DNA from: Paracoccus suum
GTDB lineage: Bacteria > Pseudomonadota > Alphaproteobacteria > Rhodobacterales > Rhodobacteraceae
Reading direction: 5' to 3'
DNA: 32,000 nucleotides
Assembly (NCBI RefSeq): GCF_003324675.1
Contig: NZ_CP030918.1
Location: forward strand, 420,001-452,000
Position numbers and translations under genes: made by a program. The notes beneath the pieces are model-generated. The model searched no databases and was not told where the DNA came from. It saw nothing but the letters and a program-made list of their open reading frames with translations. Below are positions 9,241 through 17,078 of this stretch, one piece after another; the stretch's first letter is position 1; each line of letters opens with the position of its first letter.

Positions 9241-10641
9241 ATGTTCCATCGCCCCATCGCCGCCGGCCTGCTGGCGCTGAGCCTCGCGGGGCTCGCCCCC
9301 GGCGCCCCGGCCCTCGCCCAGGTCCCGGGGCAGATGCCGCCCAAGCAGGTCGGCGTGGTCGAGATGCAGCTGCAGCCGGTGCCGCGCATCGTCACCCTGC
9401 CCGGCCGTGCGGTTGCCGGGGCCGAGGCGGCGATCCGCCCGCGCGTCTCGGGAATGGTCACCGAGATCCTTTATGATCCGGCGGTCCCGCTGAAAGCCGG
9501 CGCGCCGATGTTCCGGCTGGACGCAACCACCTACCAGTCCGGCGTCGTGACGGCCGAGGCGAACGTGGAATCCGCACAGGCCGCCTCGACCGAGGCTGAC
9601 GCCGCCGCCGGCCGGGCCAAGCGCCTGCTCGGCTCGGGCTCGACCCGTGTGCAGGCGGACAGCGCCCAGGCCGCTGCCGACCAGGCCGCCGCCCAGTTGC
9701 GGTCGGCCAAGGCCGCGCTCGACGTCGCCAAGGCCGAGCTTGGCTGGACGACCATCACCAGCCCCATCGACGGCTTCGCAAGCGTGGCCGCAGTCTCGGT
9801 CGGCGATCTCGTCACCGCCAATCAGGGCGAGGCGATGGCCACGGTCACGCGCCTCGATCCGATCGAAGTCGATATCCTGGTGCCGTCAGTGCGGCTGCAG
9901 TCGGTGATCGACGACATCGAATCGGGCCGGCTGAAGATGAACAAGACCCTGAACGCCACCCTGACGCTGGAGAACGGGCAGACCTACAAGGCCAAGGGCG
10001 AACTTGTGGCCCCCGGTTTCAGCGTCTCGACCACGACCGGGTCGGTCGACAACCGCTTCCGGTTCGAGAACCCGGACCGCAGGCTTTTGCCCGGCATGTT
10101 CCTTCGCGGCACGATCGAGCTGGGGACAACCCAGGCTTTCCTCGTCTCGCAATCTGCCGCGACGCGCGACCGGATCGGCGAGCTTTCGGTCTGGGTGGTC
10201 GAGGATGGCAAGGTCGTCCAGCGCAAGCTGAAGGACGATGGCAGCTGGAACAACAACTGGATTATCACCGATGGCCTGAAGGCGGGCGATCTGGTGGTGG
10301 CGGACAACCTGACCGGCCTGACGGCCGGCACGGCGGTGCAAACCCTGCCAGTGACCTATGACGAGCAGGGCGTGGTGCGCGCGGCACAGGCGACCCCCGC
10401 TGGCGGCGCGCCGGCCGCAACCCCGACCGATGGCGCGGCTTCCCCGGCGGCGAAGGCCCCAGCAGCCGTCTCAACCGGCACCGATGCGGCAGCCAGTAGC
10501 GGAGAGACGAACTCGTCCGAGGCGGCCGCCCCAGCCAGCACCCACGCCACGGACAGCGCCGAGGCACCGGCGGCCCCCGAAACCGATCCCGCAGCTGATG
10601 CGAAGCCGAATGGCGACGCGGCGGCCAAACCGGCCGAGTAG
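9241..10641 (+). CDS. RND efflux periplasmic adaptor (membrane fusion protein, AcrA/HlyD_D23-like) with a long Ala/Pro/Thr-rich C-terminal tail.
   Basis: ATG 9241 gives a signal-peptide-like start (MFHRPIAAGLLALSLAGLAPGAPALAQ) with GAGG upstream. An alpha-hairpin/coiled-coil segment (AEANVESAQAA...AAAQLRSAKAALDVAKAELGWT) is followed by barrel domains. The last ~86 aa are low complexity. Confidence 0.85.
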   Translation: MFHRPIAAGLLALSLAGLAPGAPALAQVPGQMPPKQVGVVEMQLQPVPRIVTLPGRAVAGAEAAIRPRVSGMVTEILYDPAVPLKAGAPMFRLDATTYQSGVVTAEANVESAQAASTEADAAAGRAKRLLGSGSTRVQADSAQAAADQAAAQLRSAKAALDVAKAELGWTTITSPIDGFASVAAVSVGDLVTANQGEAMATVTRLDPIEVDILVPSVRLQSVIDDIESGRLKMNKTLNATLTLENGQTYKAKGELVAPGFSVSTTTGSVDNRFRFENPDRRLLPGMFLRGTIELGTTQAFLVSQSAATRDRIGELSVWVVEDGKVVQRKLKDDGSWNNNWIITDGLKAGDLVVADNLTGLTAGTAVQTLPVTYDEQGVVRAAQATPAGGAPAATPTDGAASPAAKAPAAVSTGTDAAASSGETNSSEAAAPASTHATDSAEAPAAPETDPAADAKPNGDAAAKPAE

Positions 10642-10645
10642 TCCC

Positions 10646-13600
10646 ATGGCCCGCTTTTTCATCCACCGGCCCGTCTTTGCCTGGGTCATCGCGCTGATCG
10701 TCATGCTGGCCGGCGGCCTCGGGCTGACGCAGTTGCCGATCGAGCAATATCCCCAGATCGCGCCAACCACGGTCAGCGTGCGCGCGACTTATACCGGCGC
10801 CTCGGCCGAAATCGTCGAATCCTCGGTGACGACCGTCCTTGAGGACGCGATGACCGGGATCGAGGGGCTGATCTACATGACCTCCTCCTCGACGCCCGGT
10901 TCGGCGTCGATCTCGCTGACCTTCGACGACACGGTCGATGCGGACATTGCGCAGGTGCAGGTGCAGAACAAGCTGCAACTGGTGACCTCGCAACTGCCCT
11001 CGGTCGTGCAGCAGAGCGGCGTCAGCGTCACCCGCTCGACCTCGTCGATCCTGCTGGTCGGGGCGCTGACATCGCTGGACGGGCGCTACAGCTCGGTCCA
11101 GTTGGGCGACATCACCGCGCAGATGATCGAGAACCCGGTCCAGCGCACGCCGGGCGTCGGCTCGATCAACACCTTCAGTTCGGGTTACGCGATGCGCGTC
11201 TGGCTGGACCCGCTGAAGATGGTCCAGTACCAGGTCACGCCTTCGGACGTGATGGCCGCGGTGTCCGAGCAGAACACCAACGTTACCGTCGGCAACCTCG
11301 GCAGCCAGCCCTCGGCCGAGGGACAGCGGATCACGATCCCCGTCTCGGCCCAGTCGCAACTGTCGACCGTGCCCGAGTTCGAGAACATCCTGCTGCGCGT
11401 GGCCGAGGACGGCTCGACCGTGTTCCTGGGCGATGTCGCCCGGATCGAGATCGGGCAGGAATCCTACGGCGTCGATTCGCGCTACAACGGCCATCCGGCA
11501 GCGGGTTTCGCCGTGAACCTCGCCACTGGCGCAAACGCGGTCGACACCGCCGCCGCCGTTCGCGCGACCATCGCCGGGATCGAAAGCTCGCTGCCCCAAG
11601 GGGTCAGTGTGGTCTATCCCTACGACACCGCGCCGTTCGTCGAGAAATCAATCAACCAAGTCTACAAGACGCTGGCCGAGGCCGTAGTGCTGGTGTTCCT
11701 CGTGATCCTCGTCTTCCTGCAAAGCTGGCGCGCGACGCTGATCCCGGTGATCGCAATCCCGGTGGTTTTGCTGGGAACATTCGGCGTGCTTGCCATGGCG
11801 GGCTTCACGATCAACACGCTGACCATGTTTGCGCTGGTGCTGGCCATCGGCCTGCTGGTCGACGATGCCATCGTTGTGGTCGAGAACGTCGAGCGCGTGA
11901 TGGAGGAAGAGGGGCTCGACCCCGTTGCCGCGACCGAGCGCAGCATGGACGAGATCACCTCGGCGCTGGTCGGCATCGTGCTGGTGCTGTCGGCAGTGTT
12001 CCTGCCGATGGCCTTCATGGGCGGCGCCACGGGGGTCATCTATCGCCAGTTCTCGATCACCATCATCACCGCGATGGTGCTGTCCCTCGGGGTGGCGCTG
12101 ATCTTGACGCCGGCGATGTGCGCCAGCCTGCTGAAAAAGCGCGCCCATGGTGGCGGCATCGCCCCGGCGCGCTGGTTCAACACCGGCCTCGACAAGGTGA
12201 CGGGCGGCTATGCCGGGGTCGTCACGCGGCTGGTGCGCCGGCCGTTCATGATGCTGCTGGTGCTGCTGGCCTTTGGCTACGGCGCCTTCACCCTGTTCCA
12301 GAAGATGCCCGGCTCGTTCATCCCGCAAGAGGACCAGGGCGTGTTGATGGCGATGGTCTCGACCCCCGACGGCTCGACCATCGCGCAGACGACCGCGCTG
12401 GTCGAGGACATCGAGAAATACCTGCTGGAGCAAGAAAAAGAGACCGTGGAATCGGTCTTCGCCGCCGTTGGCTTCGGCTTCACCGGGCCGGGGCAGGACA
12501 CCGCGATGGTGTTCGTCAAGCTGCGGGACTACGCGGAGCGCGAGGGGCAGGACGCCGCCGCGCTGGTCAATCGGGCCAACGCCCATTTCTTCATGACCAA
12601 CCGCGCCGGGCAGGTGTTCGTGCTGCAACCGCCGGCCATTCAGGGCATGGGCACCTCGTCGGGCTTTACCATGTATCTGCTCGACCAGAGCGGCCAGGGC
12701 CAGGAACAGATGGCCAAGGCCGCCGACACGCTGGTCGCGACGGCGCAAAAGGATGGCCGCGTGACCAACCTGCGCGGCAACGACGCCCCCTACCAGAGCG
12801 CGCTGCGGCTGGACATCGACCAGCAACGCGCAGCCGCTTATGGCCTTTCGGTATCCGAAGTGAACGCCATGCTGTCGGTCATCTTCTCGGGGCGCGAGGT
12901 CAACGACTTTGCCCTCGGGACCGAACTGCGGCCGGTGATCGTGCAGGGCGAGGCGGCTGCCCGCTCGCAACCCGAGGACATCGACCTCTGGCATGCCCGC
13001 AACAGCGGCGGCGAGATGGTCTCGTTCGGCGCCTTCGCCAGCCGCGAATGGGACGAGCAGGCGCAGGCGCTGGCCCGCTTCGGCGGCACCCGGGCGCTGG
13101 AGATCAGTGGCAGCGCCGCGGCGGGCCTGTCCTCGGGTGCCGCGATGAACGCGATGGAGGAACTGGTCAGCGCCATGCCGGGCGGCTACGCGACCGCCTG
13201 GACCGGGCTGTCCTATCAGGAGCGTCTGTCCGGCAACCAGGCACCCATGCTGTTCGCGCTGTCGGCGCTGATCGTGTTCCTTGCTCTGGCCGCCCTTTAC
13301 GAGAGCTGGACGGTGCCGCTGGCGGTCATGATGACCGTGCCAATCGGAATCGTCGGCGCGCTGGCAGCGGCGCTTTACTTCGGCCAGTCGAACGACGTCT
13401 ATTTCAAAGTCGGCCTGCTGACGACCATCGGCCTCGCCGCGCGAAACGCGATCCTGATCGTCGAGTTCGCGCAGGCATTGGTCAAGGAGGGACGCCCCTT
13501 GCTGGAGGCTGCGATTGAAGCCTCGCGCATGCGCCTGCGGCCGATCCTGATGACGACCTTTGCCTTCATGCTGGGGGTGATGCCGCTGGCGATCGCCTCC

Positions 13601-13774
13601 GGCGCGGGTGCCGGGGCGCAGCGGTCCATCGGCATCGGCGTTCTGGGTGGCATGGCCGCCTCCGCCGCCATCGGTATCTTCCTTGTGCCGGTGTTCTATG
13701 TTGCGGTGATGCAGGCGACCCGCATGGTCCGCCGCCGCGGTCGCAAGGACCCGGCCCCCGAGGTCCGCGCCTGA
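10646..13774 (+). CDS. RND efflux permease (AcrB/MexB-like, HAE1 type).
   Basis: ATG 10646 gives the canonical MARFFIHRPVFAWVIALIVMLAGG N-terminus, 4 nt after the adaptor stop. About 1042 aa with 12-TM/2-loop RND organisation (..VLAIGLLVDDAIVVVEN.., ..GLAARNAILIVEFA..). Confidence 0.95.
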   Translation: MARFFIHRPVFAWVIALIVMLAGGLGLTQLPIEQYPQIAPTTVSVRATYTGASAEIVESSVTTVLEDAMTGIEGLIYMTSSSTPGSASISLTFDDTVDADIAQVQVQNKLQLVTSQLPSVVQQSGVSVTRSTSSILLVGALTSLDGRYSSVQLGDITAQMIENPVQRTPGVGSINTFSSGYAMRVWLDPLKMVQYQVTPSDVMAAVSEQNTNVTVGNLGSQPSAEGQRITIPVSAQSQLSTVPEFENILLRVAEDGSTVFLGDVARIEIGQESYGVDSRYNGHPAAGFAVNLATGANAVDTAAAVRATIAGIESSLPQGVSVVYPYDTAPFVEKSINQVYKTLAEAVVLVFLVILVFLQSWRATLIPVIAIPVVLLGTFGVLAMAGFTINTLTMFALVLAIGLLVDDAIVVVENVERVMEEEGLDPVAATERSMDEITSALVGIVLVLSAVFLPMAFMGGATGVIYRQFSITIITAMVLSLGVALILTPAMCASLLKKRAHGGGIAPARWFNTGLDKVTGGYAGVVTRLVRRPFMMLLVLLAFGYGAFTLFQKMPGSFIPQEDQGVLMAMVSTPDGSTIAQTTALVEDIEKYLLEQEKETVESVFAAVGFGFTGPGQDTAMVFVKLRDYAEREGQDAAALVNRANAHFFMTNRAGQVFVLQPPAIQGMGTSSGFTMYLLDQSGQGQEQMAKAADTLVATAQKDGRVTNLRGNDAPYQSALRLDIDQQRAAAYGLSVSEVNAMLSVIFSGREVNDFALGTELRPVIVQGEAAARSQPEDIDLWHARNSGGEMVSFGAFASREWDEQAQALARFGGTRALEISGSAAAGLSSGAAMNAMEELVSAMPGGYATAWTGLSYQERLSGNQAPMLFALSALIVFLALAALYESWTVPLAVMMTVPIGIVGALAAALYFGQSNDVYFKVGLLTTIGLAARNAILIVEFAQALVKEGRPLLEAAIEASRMRLRPILMTTFAFMLGVMPLAIASGAGAGAQRSIGIGVLGGMAASAAIGIFLVPVFYVAVMQATRMVRRRGRKDPAPEVRA

Positions 13775-13792
13775 GGAAAGCATCCCACCCCG

Positions 13793-15058
13793 CTAGGTGC
13801 GGAACCGGACCGTCGCGCAAAAGCCGTCGCCCCGCCCCGGTGCGGGCGAGGCCAAGGTCAGGGCCGCGCCTTCCCGCAGGGCGTGGCCCTCGACAATGGC
13901 GAGGCCAAGGCCGCTGCCTGACGCGCGGCTGGCGCCGCGCTGGAAGCGCCGGGTCAGTTGATTGAGCAGAGTGGGATCGAGCACCTGCCCGCCGTTGCAG
14001 ACTGTTAGCGTGTCGCCTGCCAGCACCACGGTGATCGGATCGGTCCCGTGCAAGACCGCGTTCTCGATCAGGTTGCGGGCGATGACGGCAAAGGCGTCCA
14101 GATCGACGGCCAGCAGGTGTGGCTTCTCCGGCAGGGCCAGTTCGGTCGTCGGAAACTCGGCCGCCACCAGTTGCAGCGCCTGCCGCACATCCTGTGGGGC
14201 CGCCTTCGGCCCCGAAGCGGCCCCGCCTTCGGCCCGGGCCAGTTCCAGCAGCTTGCCAGCGAGCCGGCCGACCCGGCGCAACTGCGCCGCCAGAGTTGAG
14301 GCGCGCCGCGCCAGGCGCGGGTCGGTCGCCTCGGCCTCCAGCATCTCGGCCTGGGCGAGGGCGGCGGCGATGGGGGTGCGCAACTCATGCGCGGCGTTCG
14401 AGGAGAAGGCGCGCTCGGCTGCGAGCGCTTCGTCGAGCCGCCCCATGAGTCGGTCGACGGCGTCATGCATCGGCTGCAGTTCGACCGGCAGTGGTGCCGC
14501 CGACAGCGGTCGCAGATCTGCTGCCCCGCGGTCCGCGACCTCGCGCGACAAGGCGTTGACCGGGGCCAGTTGCCGCCGGACAAAGCGCCACAGCCCGAAA
14601 ATGGCCAGCGGCAGTAACAATGCGAAGGGCACGAGCGCGGACAGCAGCGTCTCGCGCACCGCCTCACGTCGCTCGGCCAGCGGGTCCGCGACCTGCAGCA
14701 GTCCGCCATCGGGCAGTCGCTGCGTCAGCACCCGCAGGCCATCCACGCGCGAAAAGCCGATGGGCGTTTCCGCGGGCAACTCGCCGACAGCGTAAACCGT
14801 CTGGCCATCGGTCGCGGTCAGTCGCGCCCGCAGCGCCCCAGCAGGGCGGCGATCCCCTAGTCCCGCTGCACCCGCACCCGCCCCGATCACCGCCAGACGC
14901 TCGGATGTACGCGTCAGAGCTGCGTCATAGATCTCGTCAATTTCCACCCCCAGAACAGCCCAGCCGATGGCCAGCGCGGCCAGCCAGACCGCCACCAGCC
15001 CGCAGCCGAAGCCGAGCGTCAGATCGCGCGTCAGGCTTCGCGGCGGCGTCCTCGTCAC
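13793..15058 (-). CDS. Sensor histidine kinase (QseC/BasS-like; two TM segments, HAMP, HisKA, HATPase).
   Basis: H-box SNAAHELRTPIAA, N-box NLIENAVLHG and G-box GSGLGLAIVEG are present. I place the start at GTG 15058, which overlaps the response-regulator stop (GTGA). The longer ORF-track start would overlap the regulator gene by 265 nt. Confidence 0.85.
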   Translation of the reverse strand: MTRTPPRSLTRDLTLGFGCGLVAVWLAALAIGWAVLGVEIDEIYDAALTRTSERLAVIGAGAGAAGLGDRRPAGALRARLTATDGQTVYAVGELPAETPIGFSRVDGLRVLTQRLPDGGLLQVADPLAERREAVRETLLSALVPFALLLPLAIFGLWRFVRRQLAPVNALSREVADRGAADLRPLSAAPLPVELQPMHDAVDRLMGRLDEALAAERAFSSNAAHELRTPIAAALAQAEMLEAEATDPRLARRASTLAAQLRRVGRLAGKLLELARAEGGAASGPKAAPQDVRQALQLVAAEFPTTELALPEKPHLLAVDLDAFAVIARNLIENAVLHGTDPITVVLAGDTLTVCNGGQVLDPTLLNQLTRRFQRGASRASGSGLGLAIVEGHALREGAALTLASPAPGRGDGFCATVRFRT

Positions 15059-15711
15059 GGCGCGATCCGGTAGCCGACGCCACGCTGCGTCTCGATCGCG
15101 CTGCGGCCAAGCTTGCGCCGCAGCCGGCTGATATAGACTTCGACCGTGTTGCTCTCGGCGCCCTCCTCGAAGGAATAGATGCGGTCCTCGATCTGCGCCC
15201 GGCTCACAAAGCGGCCGGCACGCGCGATGAGGGTTTCCAGCACGATCCATTCGCGGCGGCCGACCTCGACGGGGCCGTCCGGGCCGGTGACCCGACGCCG
15301 GGCCAGATCGACCTGACACGCGCCCAGGCTTATGATCGGGCTGGGGTTGCCACCATATCGGCGGGCGACGGCGCCGATCCGGGCGGACAGTTCGGCCAGA
15401 TCGAAGGGTTTGACCAGATAGTCGTCCGCCCCGGCGTCGAGCCCCGCGATCCGCTCGGAAATACGGTCGCGCGCGGTCATCACGATCACGGGCACCTGGT
15501 GCCCCGCCGCCCGCAGCCGGCGCAGGAAGGCCAGCCCGTCGCCATCCGGCAACATCAGATCGAGCAGCACCAGATCATAGCTCATGGCCGACATGCAGGC
15601 ATCCGCATCGTCCAGCGTGGTCATCCAGTCGGGGAGGTGACCGTCGGCGGCGATCCGGTCGCGCACCGCGGCGCCGATCCCCTCGTCATCCTCGATCAGC
15701 AAGATCCGCAC
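15055..15711 (-). CDS. OmpR/PhoB-family response regulator.
   Basis: The receiver reads VRILLIEDDEGIG...DLVLLDLMLPDGDG...PVIVMTA...KPF. The winged-helix C-terminus reads ...VEVYISRLRRKL...TQRGVGYRIAP. GTG 15711 is chosen as the start. The ORF-track start at 15756 is a TTG that adds 15 atypical residues. Confidence 0.85.
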   Translation of the reverse strand: MRILLIEDDEGIGAAVRDRIAADGHLPDWMTTLDDADACMSAMSYDLVLLDLMLPDGDGLAFLRRLRAAGHQVPVIVMTARDRISERIAGLDAGADDYLVKPFDLAELSARIGAVARRYGGNPSPIISLGACQVDLARRRVTGPDGPVEVGRREWIVLETLIARAGRFVSRAQIEDRIYSFEEGAESNTVEVYISRLRRKLGRSAIETQRGVGYRIAP

Positions 15712-15779
15712 CCGACGTCCCCACGCGACAGGATCGCACGGTGACGCGAAATGCAAGGCAAGACCAGCCTTTGGCAGAT

Positions 15780-15798
15780 GCGTTCAGCCAGCGTTCAG
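15780..15798. promoter_or_regulatory. Tandem direct repeat GCGTTCAG-N3-GCGTTCAG with an 11-bp period; candidate OmpR-family response-regulator box.
   Basis: Exact 8-mers sit at 15780-15787 and 15791-15798. They lie in the 109-bp region between the response-regulator start (15711, minus) and the phosphatase start (15821, plus). Confidence 0.45.
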
Positions 15799-15820
15799 GT
15801 TGAAGGCGCAAGATATCCGG

Positions 15821-16414
15821 ATGACTTCGCTGATGCCGTCGCGCCCGCCCTCACGCCTCGCCCTGCGCTTCTTGCTGCGGGCGGGGCTGTTTTTCATCGG
15901 CTTGCTGATCGCCGCCGCCGGCTGGGCGGGCTTCCTGCAATACCGCGGCAACTTCCATCCGGTTCGCGCCGGCGAGATGTATCGTTCGGCCCAGCCGAGC
16001 CCCGAGGCGCTGACCAACTGGGCTGGCGTCAACGGCATTCGCAGCGTGGTCAACCTGCGTGGCGCCTCGGACTCCGACTGGTATCGCGACGAGATTGCAA
16101 CCTCGAAGCGCCTTGGCCTCGCCCATGCCGATTTCCGCATGAGCGCCGGCGAGCATCTGACCCCGGCCCGGGCCAACGAATTGCTCGCGTTGCTGGATTC
16201 AATGCCCGGCCCGGTGCTGATCCACTGCAAGTCGGGGGCCGACCGTACCGGCCTCGCGTCCGCCTTGTGGCTAGCGCGTCACGGCGGCGGCGAAGAGGCA
16301 GCCGAGTCGCAGATATCTTTCCGTTTTGGCCATGTCTCGCTGCCGCTGACCGCCGCCTGGCCCATGGACCAGAGCTGGGAGGCCCTGGAGCCCGAGATGG
16401 GATTTGCCAGCTGA
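15821..16414 (+). CDS. Membrane-anchored Cys-based phosphatase (PTP/dual-specificity superfamily, CX5R).
   Basis: Active-site signature VLIHCKSGADRTGLAS (HCxxGxxRT). There is one N-terminal TM helix (LALRFLLRAGLFFIGLLIAAAGWAGFL). The start is uncertain: ATG 15821, ATG 15833 or TTG 15800. The stop TGA overlaps the next ATG (TGATG). Confidence 0.75.
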   Translation: MTSLMPSRPPSRLALRFLLRAGLFFIGLLIAAAGWAGFLQYRGNFHPVRAGEMYRSAQPSPEALTNWAGVNGIRSVVNLRGASDSDWYRDEIATSKRLGLAHADFRMSAGEHLTPARANELLALLDSMPGPVLIHCKSGADRTGLASALWLARHGGGEEAAESQISFRFGHVSLPLTAAWPMDQSWEALEPEMGFAS

Positions 16415-17040
16415 TGAGCGTCACCGCCGACTCAAACCACACCATCACCCCCGCCAACCAGCGCCTTCGGATCGCGGTGTTGCGCATCCTGTTCGTGCTC
16501 GCCGCCCTGCCGATCCTCCTGGGCGTTCCCGTCTGGCACGGCGCCGCGCTGTCGCTGGTGCACACCCTGGGCACCTTAACGATCATCGCCGCGGTGCTGG
16601 GCCGGTTCTGGGCGATTCTCTATATCGGCGGTCGCAAGAACGCGACAGTCATGCAGGACGGCCCCTATTCGCTCTGCCGCCACCCGCTCTATTCCTTCTC
16701 GATCATCGGGGTGGTCGGCTTTGGCCTCGCGCTCGGCAGCGTGGTGCTGGCGGTGGCGCTCGGCGCGCTCGCCGCTGCTGTCCTGTGGCTGACCGCCCGA
16801 CGGGAGGAGCGTTTCCTGCGCGCCGCCTTTGGCCCCGCTTACGACGCCTACGCCGCCCACGTGCCCCGCCTGATGCCGCGCCTGTCCAATTTTCACACCC
16901 CCCCGCGCATCACGGTCGATTTGTCCGTCCTGCGCCGCAACCTGGCCGATGCACTGGTGTTTCTGACCGCAATCCCGCTGGCCGCGGCGATCCAGGCGAT
17001 GCACGCAGCGGGTTACGGGGCCGCCTTCCGCCTCTGGTAA
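16414..17040 (+). CDS. ICMT/PEMT-family integral-membrane methyltransferase (isoprenylcysteine carboxyl methyltransferase-like).
   Basis: 208 aa and polytopic. The family core is present: GPYSLCRHPLYSFSIIG ... REERFLRAAFGPAYDAYAAHVPRLMP (the RHPxY...EE..L...FG..Y..Y motif). The ORF-track entry 15751..17040 is the same frame running open upstream. ATG 16414 is the coupled start. Confidence 0.8.
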   Translation: MSVTADSNHTITPANQRLRIAVLRILFVLAALPILLGVPVWHGAALSLVHTLGTLTIIAAVLGRFWAILYIGGRKNATVMQDGPYSLCRHPLYSFSIIGVVGFGLALGSVVLAVALGALAAAVLWLTARREERFLRAAFGPAYDAYAAHVPRLMPRLSNFHTPPRITVDLSVLRRNLADALVFLTAIPLAAAIQAMHAAGYGAAFRLW

Positions 17041-17078
17041 CCCTCCCGCTGCGGGTCGGCCCGCCATCCTGCACCGCG

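Noticed and set aside
10265-13783. Antisense ORFs of 444 aa and 711 aa opposite the RND adaptor tail and the permease.
   Set aside because: They have the same shadow-ORF composition, with His/Arg/Gly/Asp runs. The plus strand encodes an unmistakable AcrB-type protein.
15751-16413. The N-terminal 220 codons of ORF 15751..17040, which would give a 429-aa methyltransferase.
   Set aside because: This stretch overlaps the phosphatase gene, whose frame carries the HCxxGxxR active site. It is Arg/Pro-rich. The ICMT-like region begins at ATG 16414, coupled to the phosphatase stop.
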